From contig OX597827.1 of assembly GCA_951406725.2 (NCBI GenBank), forward strand, positions 83,142,001 to 83,206,000: DNA of 64,000 bases. The letters run 5' to 3'. Positions 48,010 to 62,889 of this stretch are shown here, one piece after another; position 1 is the first letter of the stretch, and every line of letters starts with the position of its first letter. Below the pieces are notes generated by a model. The model worked only from the letters and a program-made list of their open reading frames with translations, was not told where the DNA came from and ran no database searches. The stretch is from Octopus vulgaris (taxonomy: Eukaryota). Position numbers and translations under genes: made by a program.

Positions 48010-48303
48010 TTTTGGACATTTAATGTAACGCCACGCACCTTCTTATTTTGTTAGCATTCTGTTAATTGATATATGTCTGTGCGTGTCATTGTGTCTGTGT
48101 ATGTCCCCCGCCACCGACGGACCATCGGTGTTGCTGTACTTGCCTGCTAGTAATTTAGCACTTCAGCAAAAGTGACAGAATAAGTACCAGGCTTTAGAAA
48201 GTAGAATAAGTACTGGGGTCGACTCATTCGACTAAAAATCATTCAAAGCGGTGTCCTAGTATGGCCGCAGTCCAATGACTGAAACAAGTAAAAGATAAAA
48301 GAT
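47868..48303 (+). mobile_element. SINE family S2, older copy, inverted relative to 47238-47625
   Basis: Head GTGGTTATGTGGTAAGAAGCTTGC; tail ATGGCCGCAGTCCAATGACTGAAACAAGTAAAAGATAAAAGA. Confidence 0.82.
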
Positions 48304-48304
48304 A

Positions 48305-48340
48305 TACGAAGGGGTGCTGAAAAGTTCCTGGCTTTGGGTT
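48305..48340 (+). mobile_element. Solo mariner-type terminal inverted repeat
   Basis: TA|CGAAGGGGTGCTGAAAAGTTCCTGGCT resembles mariner TIR starts (TACGAGGG...AAAAGT). No partner TIR was found. Confidence 0.55.
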
Positions 48341-49249
48341 AAGGCAAGACTAACCCCTCAGACGTAGGTAAACACCCCTAAATTGAAGATGCTCATTCAA
48401 CGGAAAGAAAACCCCGGCAAACCAAATCTGGCAAACATCAAGAACAATGTCAGTTCTATCAAAGAAACACAACATTCAAATTTCCACATAATCTATTCAT
48501 GACCTAATTATAAATTCAAAATGACCGACAAGGCAAACACAATCTTATTTTAGGTAAATTTTTCTACCAAACTATCAAAGATAATATGCTCTAACTTGGA
48601 ATGCCAACAGACTAGATGGTGAATCAAAGACATTGATGAAGTTGGCCAAGAATTCGTTGTGGAGTCGCTCATAGTCATATGCAGCAGTTGAAGCATTTTT
48701 GACCCTGGGTGGTAGTATTCAAGTGTTTTTTGGAAGATGAACAAATGAAGTGTATCTTCTCACACAAGAACAGCATCTAGGTAAGTATCAAAGTAATACA
48801 TATGCAAAATTCCAGCCTGTTACATCGATTATTCTCGGAGATATCGTGACCTAAAGATTGCTACTCAGAGTCAGAAAAGTCATTTTGAGAAAAACGCAAA
48901 AAAACGCTGGAAGTGGTTGATTTAACAACAATGCCCAACTACACAAGAATAATATCCAGAATTTAGTGAAATATTTGCAGTTTTGCACAGTCTAATAACG
49001 CCCAGAGAATATCATCTGAAATCTGAGGTATTAGTCTTTCCTTAAAGAAAATACAGGAGAATCAATTAATTATATTATTCATCTTATATACCTCTCAGAT
49101 TCACACACTTATTGCAGCGGTCCTTCAGTTTTTCTAAGCCCTGTAAAAGAACCCGGCAGGTCGGGCTTCTAACCAGGTTTTTCGCGATACCCTTAAAGCT
49201 AGGAACTTTTTGGCACCCCTTCACGTCAACAAGACTCAGTTTGGTTTCT

Positions 49250-49700
49250 GCTGCCATAACAAAGCCGAACACCAAATGGAAAAGCAACTCCATTCATTTT
49301 CCAGAGATACTCAAAATGTACAAGTCCTTGCTAACTTCGATCCTTCTGTATGGGTGTGAGCGTTGGACACTTACAGGCGATACACCTGTAATCCAGGCAT
49401 TTGAGCACATGTGCTTCAGAAGACTGCCATGCTTCCCGTACACAAAACAAGCGGCTTTGTCAGGCAGAAAGTGAACAAATACGCTGGCAGACAGGAACCA
49501 CAAAAATGAAAACTTGTCTGGTAAGGCCAAATTTATGGCCACAACTCCCTGTCCAAAACCATCCTTCAGGGCTCAGCTGAGGAAGAGCGAAAAAGAAGCA
49601 GATAGAGAAAATCCTGGTTTGACAACAGGTCATGACACTGTTACGACAGAGAACAGACTCATGGTGACTGCTGACTACAAAAGCATGTAGAGTGGTACTC
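49250..49700 (+). mobile_element. RTE-clade LINE 3' fragment
   Basis: ORF 49112-49474 contains KWKSNSI...MYKSLLTSILLYGCERWTL...IQAFEHMCFRRL, the RTE LYG.E.W motif. Confidence 0.88.
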
Positions 49701-49715
49701 CAACGACTAGCTGTG

Positions 49716-49756
<41 letters not shown>

Positions 49757-49763
49757 AGAGAGA

Positions 49764-49799
<36 letters not shown>

Positions 49800-50012
49800 T
49801 CCTTCCCGAGTTTCATAAGGTCGGTTTCCGTGGCGTATATATTCCCCACCGGGATGGGACGCTGGTGTTCATTACAGGATTAACTCATTTTTGCCAACTG
49901 AGTAGACTAGAGCAACGAGAAATGAAGTGTTTTGCTCAAGAACAACGCGTTATCCGGTTAAGAATCGAAATCACAATCTTACAGCTTTGAGTCACTAACA
50001 CACACGCCTCCA
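49800..50012 (-). mobile_element. CORE-like tRNA SINE, old copy
   Basis: Minus strand TTCTTGAGCAAAACACTTCATTTCTCGTTGCTCTAGTCTACTCAGTTGGCAAAAATGAGT is homologous to 59870-59930. Confidence 0.75.
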
Positions 50013-50096
50013 CAAGTATACAAGTACATACATATGTATATATATATATTATACACATATATATACATACATACATATATACATACATACATAAAT

Positions 50097-50386
50097 GGAG
50101 GCGCAATGGCCTAGTGGTTAGGGCAGCGGACTCGCGGTCGTAGGATCGCGGTTTCGATTCCCAGACCGGGCGCTGTGAGTGTTTATTGAGCGAAAACACC
50201 TAAAGCTCCACGAGGCTCCAGCAGAGGGGGGGATCCCGGCTGTACTCTTTCGCCACAACTTTCTCTCACTCTTTCTTCTGTTGGCCTGCTCGCTTAGCCA
50301 GCGGGGCTAAAACATGCGAAGCGCATTGTGACCAGCGATGTGTAACAACATCTGATAGCCTAGTCGGTCACGGTGATCACGGTGAT
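50097..50386 (+). mobile_element. tRNA(Arg)-like SINE family S3 with an alternative tail
   Basis: The first ~180 bp are near-identical to the head of 41721-42105. The tail differs and ends in TCACGGTGA x2. The element sits within (TA)/(TACA)n. Confidence 0.92.
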
Positions 50387-51835
<1,449 letters not shown>

Positions 51836-51839
<4 letters not shown>

Positions 51840-52136
51840 ACGACAATACGGCACAACTATTTCACCTCAATTGGACCTGCTCTCTTCAACATTACACCAG
51901 GGTACGTCAAAAAAGAAACTGACCACACAAAATTCAAGAAGTCTTTGGACAAATTCCTTCAAACAGTACCGGACAAACCAACCACACCCGGATATGTCTC
52001 CGCAAACAATAACTCTCTGCTCGAATGGGCCTTGGTGCCCAAATCCTGAACTGAAAGACTTCGCCAGGTGGTGCTATTAAGTTAGACATGGCCTGGGCCA
52101 ATACTGGCCAAAACCTTTCTAAGTTATTCTAAGTTA
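51836..52136 (+). mobile_element. 5'-truncated CR1-group LINE family B (3' ~300 bp)
   Basis: Encodes [17 protein letters not shown]...[25 protein letters not shown]. 3' stem-loops and TTCTAAGTTA x2; (TA)n on both sides. Confidence 0.92.
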
Positions 52137-52169
52137 TATATATATATGCACATACATATATACATATAT

Positions 52170-52203
<34 letters not shown>

Positions 52204-52379
52204 ATCCGTATAGGCGCGGTGTGCGTGCGTGCGATAAGGCTTCAAGAAGTAGAAAAACACTCGATCGGCGAAGAGAGTAAAAATGGCGAAATTATTATTT
52301 CAATTAGGAACTGGGTAGCTGTATTTAACAAAAGTTGTGGTTTTTATTACAACATTCCACACACACGGACACACACACA

Positions 52380-52431
<52 letters not shown>

Positions 52432-53042
52432 ATCCAATTCAATGCAAAGAAGGTAATAGGCCCAAGGCAGATATGTGATATGTAGACCCCATTCCAAAGT
52501 ACTCGAATATTTTAGTAACCACTGTTAAAATGCACGCGATTTCTGCGTTGCAGTTATATATATATATATATATATATATAAATACACACACACACACAAA
52601 GTGAGTGTGCGTGTGCGCGCGCATCTACATGTTCCCCTGGTTTAACACCTGCTTCCTCTTACCTATGTGGGGACCCTAAAGAGAACGGACTACATTGGGG
52701 AAATGAAGTCAAGAAACTAAAGAAGCACGTGCACCAATCCCACCGACCAACGTTTCCCAAGTTGCAGTTTAAAGAAATAAGTGTCTGGAAGGTAACGGCC
52801 ACCACTTGAGCACCTTTTGTGATTGGACAGGCTAAAGGTAACTCGTCTTAATCTCCTAATGTCTCAATAAATTTAGTATTAAAATAGTCATACAGATTAT
52901 TCCTTTCCTGAAGTGTGTGTATACATTTTTTTGAAACTCTCTCTCAGTCATATGTGTGTACGCACGTACACACACACACACACACACATACACACACATA
53001 TTCATACACACGTTATTTGTATATCATGTAGTCCCTCACTCT

Positions 53043-53099
<57 letters not shown>

Positions 53100-54059
53100 T
53101 AATTTAGTCAATGAAATAAATTGATATTCGTGAAAATGGTCAGTGAACCCATTAGTTGAGATGATTGTAATAACTGCTAGATTATGTGAAGGGCCACACT
53201 TGCAGACAGCAGGGATTTCATCACACGCCATTTACTGTGAATACTCCTGCACATCACCCACCTTATCTTATAGTCCATTCCTGGGACCATTTCATTTATA
53301 ACATCAGAGTTTGGCAAACAGCTGTACCTTTTACTTTCCGTTTGTTTTGACATAGAAACAGCTTTTGAAATAGTTGTGGACTGTTCGACTAACTGAAGAT
53401 TTTACGAATTGATTAAAACGAAAGGGTGAATGCAGACATAAAAGATATGGGAATTAAAAGGCTGTTGTGAACCAATGCTGGGGCACCTTTGCCATCGTTT
53501 TTCACACTAGAAATAGCAGCCTAATCTCCTTGAAACCACACCATACTATCATATTGAAGGACACACTGGATAATATCCGGAGAAAATAATTAGAAAAGAT
53601 GTGGTATGCTTCTGAGTGCTGAGACATTTCCTGATAAGTCTACTTGCTCTGTGTCACGGCTGACCTGAGATTAAACAACACATCGGTGACTGCCTTTGTG
53701 ACTATTTTGAGAAGACATTGTTTCTACATTTGGATGCCCTTTCTACAGCCAAACAACGTAGCATAAAGTGAAGAAAGGTGGTCAATGTTGAACAGGTCAA
53801 ATCAAGGAAAGTGTCATTAGAGTAACATGAGAACATGATACTAATAGTAATGGGCTGGCCACACCCTTAGGGGCTACAAATGAAAATACAAGCAACAGAC
53901 ACAAGAAGGTAAACAGAAACATCTAACATTATTGGTCCTGTTGCTATGGACCTACGATTATGAGGGAACTTTCTTTCACCAATTAGAGGCAAACCAAATA
54001 TCTCAGTACATCGTTCTCTCTCTTTTTTTTTTTAGTTCTATTATTTCAGATGCATAACA

Positions 54060-54449
54060 TGTATATGCGCGCATGCGCGCGAGGGGGCGCGCGCGCACAC
54101 ACACACGCGCGCTATATGTATGTATAGAAGTGTAAGCCACACAGAAATCGTGTGCATTTAACAGTGGCTACTAAAATATTTGGGGAGTAGTCTGAAATGG
54201 GGCCCACATTTCACATATCTGGTTTGGGCCTATTACCTCCTCTGCATTGAATTGGATATCATATTTATGAGATAACTCTCAATGTCCACCCTTCTGTACC
54301 AATATTTCCATTCAACATCTTGACTGACTTCACCAGATGGGCATTTGCAAGACTGTATACAACAAACTGTGTATTATGCGTGCGTGAGAGAGAGAGAGAG
54401 AGAATACAAATGACTTCTATGTAGAAATAATTGAATGACATTATATAAC

Positions 54450-54492
<43 letters not shown>

Positions 54493-55460
54493 ACTGACTA
54501 AACTACAAACTTTCATGATCACGGCCACCTGTTGCCGAAAAACGCTGCTCTATTCACGAACACGAACTCAAACACACACACAGATATACAGGTTCACTGT
54601 AGGGAATCGGGTGTAGAGAAAACTACGTCATTTTCCTGCAACCGAAGTGGGGGGGGGTGCTGCAGAGAGTGTGCAGCTGCATCTGCAGCTGCAACAGCAG
54701 CAGTAAGAGAAACTGCAATGATGACGATATTAGAGTGATAAAGTTGGAAATTATTTCACTAAACAGATCGGCAGAGATACATAAAAATACTACAACAAAA
54801 ATTAACAGAAGATCGATATATTATACTGAAAGCTCGCTGTATTTCAACAAATCGTATGAATAGATTATATCCCGTTAACAGCCAACACCAGTAGCTGAAA
54901 AGAACTGCAAGGATACATACACACACACTCACTCACACAAGGAGATGCGCATAGAATATAATATAGAGGAGAGTAATGGTGTAGTGGTGACAAGAAAGTG
55001 ATAAATACAGCGACTCTGTTCCAAGCAACATGTTGAGCACTCGCTACAAACACCACCACATACATATATTGACCACAGAAGTAGGATCAATGGACAGGCT
55101 AAAACCTTAACAAAGACACAAACTACGGGGGGGGGGGGGCAGGAGACGCTTTCAGTGAACCGACAAAGTCGGATACACTGTCTGGCGTTATTGATTATGG
55201 CCCTCGGAGCCGGACTTTTTATACTGAAAGTCTGCTTTTCACCCTTTCGGGTTGGAAAAACTCATATACAGGAGTCGGTTCTTGATTTTCAGTATTTTTT
55301 TCTGTCAAAATCAGTTGTAGCCAGATCTAAGAGAGGGATCGGCCGCCGCCAGGTGTAAAACTGGCGAAGATACGTCGCAGGTCACGACAGCTCCCCAAAG
55401 ACTCAACAAATAGCTGAGGGTTCAAAGCAAAGCAGCGCGCGCGCACAGGCACAGGTCCTA
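54060..55460. promoter_or_regulatory. Candidate CpG-retaining promoter/5'UTR region
   Basis: Unique non-repeat sequence with many CpGs and GCGCATGCGC (NRF1/Ewg-type palindrome) at 54069-54078. No transcript evidence is available. Confidence 0.3.
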
Positions 55461-55600
55461 TTTCTTGAAGCTGAGTCTAGTCTTCCAATACTTCAAATCA
55501 CAATAAAGTGCAGCACCATAAAATACGCATTGAGTGCTCCTTTTATCTCCATCTTATTCATGCAACTTTTAGTGGCACAACATATATCGGCGCTAACATA

Positions 55601-57562
<1,962 letters not shown>

Positions 57563-58008
57563 CGTCGTCGTGAGCGCTACATCATCTGCATGATGTGGAA
57601 AATATTCCATCAGCATTGCCCAAATGATGTTGGCATCACCTTTAAGGTACATCCAAGGCTTGGGCCCCGTGCCATCCGCCCAAAACAAAAATCGCACTCT
57701 CATCTCATAACAACAATACGGCACAATTATTTCACCTCAATTGGCCCCGCTCTCTTTAACATTACACCAAAACACATTAAAACAGAAACTGACCCTATAG
57801 GGTTCAAGAAGTCTTTGGACAGATTCCTTCAAGAAATCCCGGATAAACCCCCTACACCCGGATATGTCTCTGTAAACAATAACTCTCTACTTGGGTGGGC
57901 CATAGTGCCCAAATTCTGACTTGAAAGACTTCACCAGGTGGTGCTATTAAGTTAGACATGGCCTGGGCCAATAATGGCCGAAACCTATCAAAGTATCAAA
58001 GTAAAGTA
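57563..58008 (+). mobile_element. 5'-truncated CR1-group LINE family B
   Basis: Open frame [15 protein letters not shown]...VHPRLGPRA...NNNSLLGW. Tail TATCAAAG x2; (TA)n on both sides. Confidence 0.93.
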
Positions 58009-58085
58009 CATATATATATACATATATATATATACATACATATATATATATATATACATACATATATATATATATACATACATAC

Positions 58086-58118
<33 letters not shown>

Positions 58119-58203
58119 CATACATACATATATATATACATACATACATATATATATACATATATATATATACATACATACATACATACATATATATATA
58201 TAC

Positions 58204-58252
<49 letters not shown>

Positions 58253-58332
58253 ATTATTTTTGGGAAGCAGTGTCGATTTTTACAATCCTGCAAATGATAA
58301 TAATAATATTTTATAAGCTTATCAGCGATCAC

Positions 58333-58559
58333 CGTGTAATGACTAAAGAAAACAGTCTAATATTGGGGGCATTAAGCCCTCGACAGAGAAAAAAAGGACG
58401 GTTTCCATACGCATGGAACTCGATCCCACAGTTCTTTTTTTCGCGACAAGTGTGCTACCATTACACCAACGTACCCCTATGCGTATGGAAACCCTACTTT
58501 TTTTTTGTCGAGGACTTATATGCCCCCAATATTAGACTCTTCTCTTTAGTAATCACACG
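58333..58559. mobile_element. Fold-back/MITE-like element with ~80-bp imperfect inverted arms
   Basis: 58333-58414 is the reverse complement of 58479-58559, for example AGTCTAATATTGGGGGCAT / ATGCCCCCAATATTAGACT and GGTTTCCATACGCAT / ATGCGTATGGAAACC. Confidence 0.85.
58405..58475 (-). pseudogene. tRNA-like cloverleaf (degenerate) inside the fold-back element
   Basis: Acceptor GGTACGT/GCGTATG, D arm GTGT-AATGGTA-GCAC, anticodon arm CTTGT-CGCGAAA-AAAAG, T arm GTGGG-ATCGAGT-TCCAT. Lacks U33 and the 1-72 pair. Confidence 0.65.
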
Positions 58560-59153
58560 TGTGTGTGTATATATATATATATATATATGATTCCAAAGTG
58601 ACAGTGGAACTTGTGTGTAGAGCCTGTCCACATGGAACGATGTTTTGGAGGGGGGGGTTGTATGTGTGTACGTGCGCGCTTGAACATGGCCCATTGATTT
58701 ATGAAATAAACTCGTTTAATACCGTTTCATCGAAATACAGCCACACACACACAGCCACACACACACACACACACACACAGAGGAATATATTAAGAAAAGA
58801 AAAGGTAAGAAATGTCAAGGCACCGCCGCCCACATCTCTAATTAAACAATATATGTATAGTCTTCATCATCACATTGTGCATCAGGCGCTGCAATACTCA
58901 AGGTAACTTAAAATAACCCTAGCCTCCATCTACAACATGCTGCCGGGGCATGTAAACCTGCGAGAGGCCGTCGCTCTTTGAGGTCCAAGCATACAGAATC
59001 AGAGAAAGAAGTGAGAGTTAAACAAGCCCCGGCTTTATCGACCCCAAAAGGACAAAAGACAAATTCAGCCTAAAGAAAATTGCAACTTCGAACACAAATG
59101 GTCCGGAAAGAACACTATCCAACAACTCAACCAACGGGCTTAAACATACAAAT

Positions 59154-59251
<98 letters not shown>

Positions 59252-59322
59252 TGCGTGTGTGTGAAAGTGAGAGAAAGAGAGAATAAATACATATTAAAAT
59301 ACAAATACGTATTTTTTTAATA

Positions 59323-59455
59323 TTCTTTTACTTGTTTCACAGTACTTATTCTATCGGTCACTTATGCCAAACTGCTAGTTTACGAGGACGTAAACAAACC
59401 AACAACAGTTGTCAAGCGATGGTGGGGAGACAAAGAGACACAGACACACACATAA
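59323..59455 (-). mobile_element. SINE family S2 3' half, deleted
   Basis: TTCTTTTACTTGTTTCA..CAGTACTTATTCTATCGGTC...GTTGTCAAGCGATGGTGGGGAGACAAA. Confidence 0.8.
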
Positions 59456-59600
59456 ATATATATATATAGCATATATATTATATATAATACGTAATAAATA
59501 TACATACATATAATATATATACATATATATGTATACATATATATATATACATATATATATATACATATATATATACACATATACATAGATACACACACTA

Positions 59601-59631
<31 letters not shown>

Positions 59632-59724
59632 GCATATATATAATACATAATAAATATATATATGATATAATACATATAAATATATATATATAATATACAT
59701 ACATACATACACACACACATATAC

Positions 59725-59802
<78 letters not shown>

Positions 59803-59804
59803 TG

Positions 59805-60060
59805 GTGAAGGCGTCGTGCTTACGATTGTGAGGTTGTGAGCTCGAATCCTGGACTGGGCTGCGTGTTGTGTTCTTGAGCAAGACACTTTATTTCACGTTG
59901 CTCCAGTTCACTCAGCTGTAGAAATGAGTTGCGACGTCACAGGTGCCAAGCTGTATCGGCCCCTTTGCCTTTCCCTTGGATAACACTGGTGGCGTGGAGA
60001 GAGGATGGGTAACTTTCTAGGTGCAATCCCATGGTCTGTGTCGTGACCGAAGCGGGTCTC
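59805..60060 (+). mobile_element. CORE-like tRNA SINE
   Basis: B-box-like GAGCTCGAATCC followed by GTGTTCTTGAGCAAGACACTTTATTTCACGTTGCTCCAGTTCACTCAGCTGTAGAAATGAG. Confidence 0.8.
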
Positions 60061-60082
60061 AGAATATATATACATATATAAA

Positions 60083-60857
60083 TTTTTTTTTTCTCTCTCT
60101 AGTTTCAGCTCAGAGCTGCGGCCATGCTGATGCACCGCCGTTTTGTGCTACACTGTTATTACAAAGAACCTCGTCTAATATGTGGCATTTGGTGAAGAAT
60201 GGAGTTTGATATAGCTACTCTCATTTGCACCTCTTGCCGTGAGGTAAGTTCATCTGGGACTCTCGACAAGAAGATGTCCAGCTTTGATTTAAAAACCGCT
60301 ACATCTACTTTGTGCAAGTTCCTCAGGCTCTTTGGGAGACTATTAAAAAGCTGTGGGCCCTTGAAACCCAGGCTGTTGCAGAAGCTGGTCCTGAAGCGTG
60401 ATGGCATTGCTGAGATCTTTGGCACTAGGCAGTGTCATCCCGTTCTTTCAATGCCAAAATGTGGCACAATTCCTTCCAGGATCTTCCAGACATATATTAC
60501 TGCATACCTCTCCCGTCTTCTCTCCAGGGAGTAGAGTCTTAGCTGTTTCAACCTTTCCCAGTAGCTTAGCTGTTGCAAAGGGACGATCTTCTTTGTGAAG
60601 CTTCTCTGAATTGCTTCAAGGTCTGCTGTTAATTTCACACTGGTGGGTGACCATAGCTGTGAGCAGTAATCCAGGCGGCTGAGGACGAATGTCCGCCAGA
60701 AGACCATCATGGTTTCCTTATTTCTGGTTCTGAATGTTCTTAGGATCCATCCAGCCAGTCGTCTGCACTTTGTCGCCATCTTGCTAATGTGCACTTGAAA
60801 AGAGGTATCATCACTCATTCCGATACCCAGGTCCCTCACAGACTTAGGCTCTGGAAT
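60083..60857 (-). mobile_element. 5'-truncated CR1-group LINE family A
   Basis: ORFs 60435-60839 and 60159-60425 ([28 protein letters not shown]) are separated by a frameshifting deletion. Same 3' motif as 1-798; TA-rich flanks. Confidence 0.94.
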
Positions 60858-60866
60858 ATATATAAA

Positions 60867-60917
<51 letters not shown>

Positions 60918-60997
60918 TTTGATACTTTGATATAGATATATATATAAAATTATAGATATATATATATATATATATAAAATTTTAAATATATATATAT

Positions 60998-61209
60998 ACT
61001 CTTTTACTTGTTTCAGTCATTTGATTGCGGCCATGCTGAAGCACCGCATTTAATCGAGCAACTCGACCCCGGGACTTATTCTTTGTAAGCCCAGTACTTA
61101 TTCTATCGGTCTCTTTTGCCGAACCGCTAAGTGACGGGGACATAAACACACCAGCATCGGTTGTCAAGTGATGTTAGGGGGGACAAACACAAATACACAA
61201 ACATACACG

Positions 61210-61273
<64 letters not shown>

Positions 61274-61381
61274 TATACGACGGGCTTCTTTCAGTTTCCG
61301 TCTACTAAATCCACTCTCAAGGCTTTGGTCGGGCCGAGGCTATAGTAGAAGACATTTGCCCAAGGTGCCACGCAGTGGGAT
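60998..61381 (-). mobile_element. SINE family S2, 5'-truncated and fused directly to a LINE 3' end
   Basis: Matches 47238-47577; homology stops at GCAGTGGGA, where LINE sequence begins. Confidence 0.92.
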
Positions 61382-62700
61382 TGGTCCAGGCCATGTCTAA
61401 CTTAATAGCACCACCTGATAGGATTATCTAAATCCTGTTTAAGTCAAGTTTTGTTTATGGTCCATTCAAGTAGTGAGTTTTTGTTGTGTGAGTTGTATCC
61501 AATTATGGGTGGCTTATCTGGTATTCCTTGAAGGAATCTATCCAGACTCCGTTTAAAGTTGATTGGATCCTTTTCCTCTTTGATCTCTTTCGGGACAATG
61601 TTAAATAGGGCAGGGCCTGTTGAAAAGAAATTATGTTGCAGTGTACATGTATGCTGTGATCTTGAATTGGGCAGGGGACGTATGGCCCGTGGTCCCACTC
61701 TTGGATGAACCTTGAAGCTAATGTTCAGGTCGTTTAGGCAAAGTTGGCGGTATATTCTCCACATCGTACAAATGATGTACCGCTCACGGCGACGCTGGAG
61801 AGAGTAGAGTTTCAAGGCTTTAAGGCGGTCCCAATAATCGAGAACAGCCATGCCTTCAATTCGATTAGTGAGTGCCCTCTGGGGTGATTCAATCCTCGAG
61901 ATGTTTTGTCTTGTATGGGGAGACCACAGTGGGCAGCAGTATTCGAGGTGTGGCCGTACAAAGGAGGAGAAAAGTGGTATGATGACACCTTGCTCTCTGG
62001 ACCGGAAAGTTCTTAAGATCCAGGAACTCATCCTACGAGCTATATCGACCTTAGTGTTGATGTGGGCACTCCAACTGAGATCGTCATCAACAATTACACC
62101 CAGATCTCTGATATTGTTAGAGGCTGTGAGCGGTTCCCCTGAAGAAAGAGAGTATGGCTGTTTTAGAGAGGAATTTCTTCCAAAATCCATCAGCTCAAAT
62201 TTTCCCTCGTTCAGTTGCATTTTGTTTCTGTCTGCCCATTGACTCACAGCATATAGATCAGACAGGAGTTGAGTTCGGTCTGCTTCTTCATTGATGATTT
62301 GCTGGAGCTTAGTGTCATCAGCAAATATTTTCACTTTGCAGTAATGTACGACACTGGAAAGGTCGCTTATGTAAATTATAAAGAGTAGCGGGCCCAAGAC
62401 AGTCCCCTGGGGGACACCGCTGGTGACTTTTGCTTGGCTTGAGTGGACTCCATCAACTACATGTTGTGTTCTATTCGCCAGGAAATACTTAATCCAGTGT
62501 AGAAGTTTTCCACGGATTCCAACATTTGCCAATTTTGAGAGTAGGATATTATGGTCAACCCTGTCGAACGCTTTACTGAAGTCAAGATATATGACATCAG
62601 AGTTCGAACCTGTTCCCAAGGCTTTGAGTATATCTTCAATGTGGTGATTTGCATTTAGGAGTTTGTGGGTCTCCAGGAAGTCAGCTATCCTTGATCTTAA
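61381..62700 (-). mobile_element. 5'-truncated CR1-group LINE (family B related)
   Basis: RT motifs are present and the 3' UTR reads GGTGGTGCTATTAAGTTAGACATGGCCTGG, as in 52066-52097 and 57937-57966. Confidence 0.95.
61444..62700 (-). CDS. Partial LINE reverse transcriptase frame (~418 codons, no native start)
   Basis: [49 protein letters not shown] and LQRRRERY, with no internal stop. The QHGFR segment is missing. Confidence 0.85.
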   Translation of the reverse strand, partial: LRSRIADFLETHKLLNANHHIEDILKALGTGSNSDVIYLDFSKAFDRVDHNILLSKLANVGIRGKLLHWIKYFLANRTQHVVDGVHSSQAKVTSGVPQGTVLGPLLFIIYISDLSSVVHYCKVKIFADDTKLQQIINEEADRTQLLSDLYAVSQWADRNKMQLNEGKFELMDFGRNSSLKQPYSLSSGEPLTASNNIRDLGVIVDDDLSWSAHINTKVDIARRMSSWILRTFRSREQGVIIPLFSSFVRPHLEYCCPLWSPHTRQNISRIESPQRALTNRIEGMAVLDYWDRLKALKLYSLQRRRERYIICTMWRIYRQLCLNDLNISFKVHPRVGPRAIRPLPNSRSQHTCTLQHNFFSTGPALFNIVPKEIKEEKDPINFKRSLDRFLQGIPDKPPIIGYNSHNKNSLLEWTINKT

Positions 62701-62704
62701 TATA

Positions 62705-62761
<57 letters not shown>

Positions 62762-62845
62762 AAGGGTGGAAAGGAACACACGAGTAGATATATATGAAAA
62801 AACAAGTCAAAAATAGAAAATGCTAAGATGATTTTATAGTGAATC

Positions 62846-62889
62846 TTTCAGTACCGGTTTCGGTCATTTTAAGACCTTTTCAACTGTAA
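62846..62889 (-). ncRNA. Minimal type-I hammerhead ribozyme candidate (mirror copy)
   Basis: The minus strand reads TTACAG-TTGAAAA-GGTC-TTAAAAT-GACC-GAAA-CCGG-TA-CTGAAA and differs from the plus copy only in loop II. Confidence 0.72.

Noticed and set aside
48548-48785. Exon-like segment bounded by TTTTAG and GTAAGT near the solo mariner TIR
   Set aside because: Stop codons occur in the plus-strand frames examined and no recognisable transposase or host protein motif was found.
57955-57990. Hairpin followed by GAAAC in LINE/SINE tails resembling hammerhead helix II-GAAA
   Set aside because: No upstream CUGANGA or UUGANAA core and no helix I/III; better explained as the RT recognition stem-loop.
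62701-62805. N-terminal extension of ORF 61444-62805
   Set aside because: It reads through (TA)n into the palindrome arm and is not part of the LINE protein.
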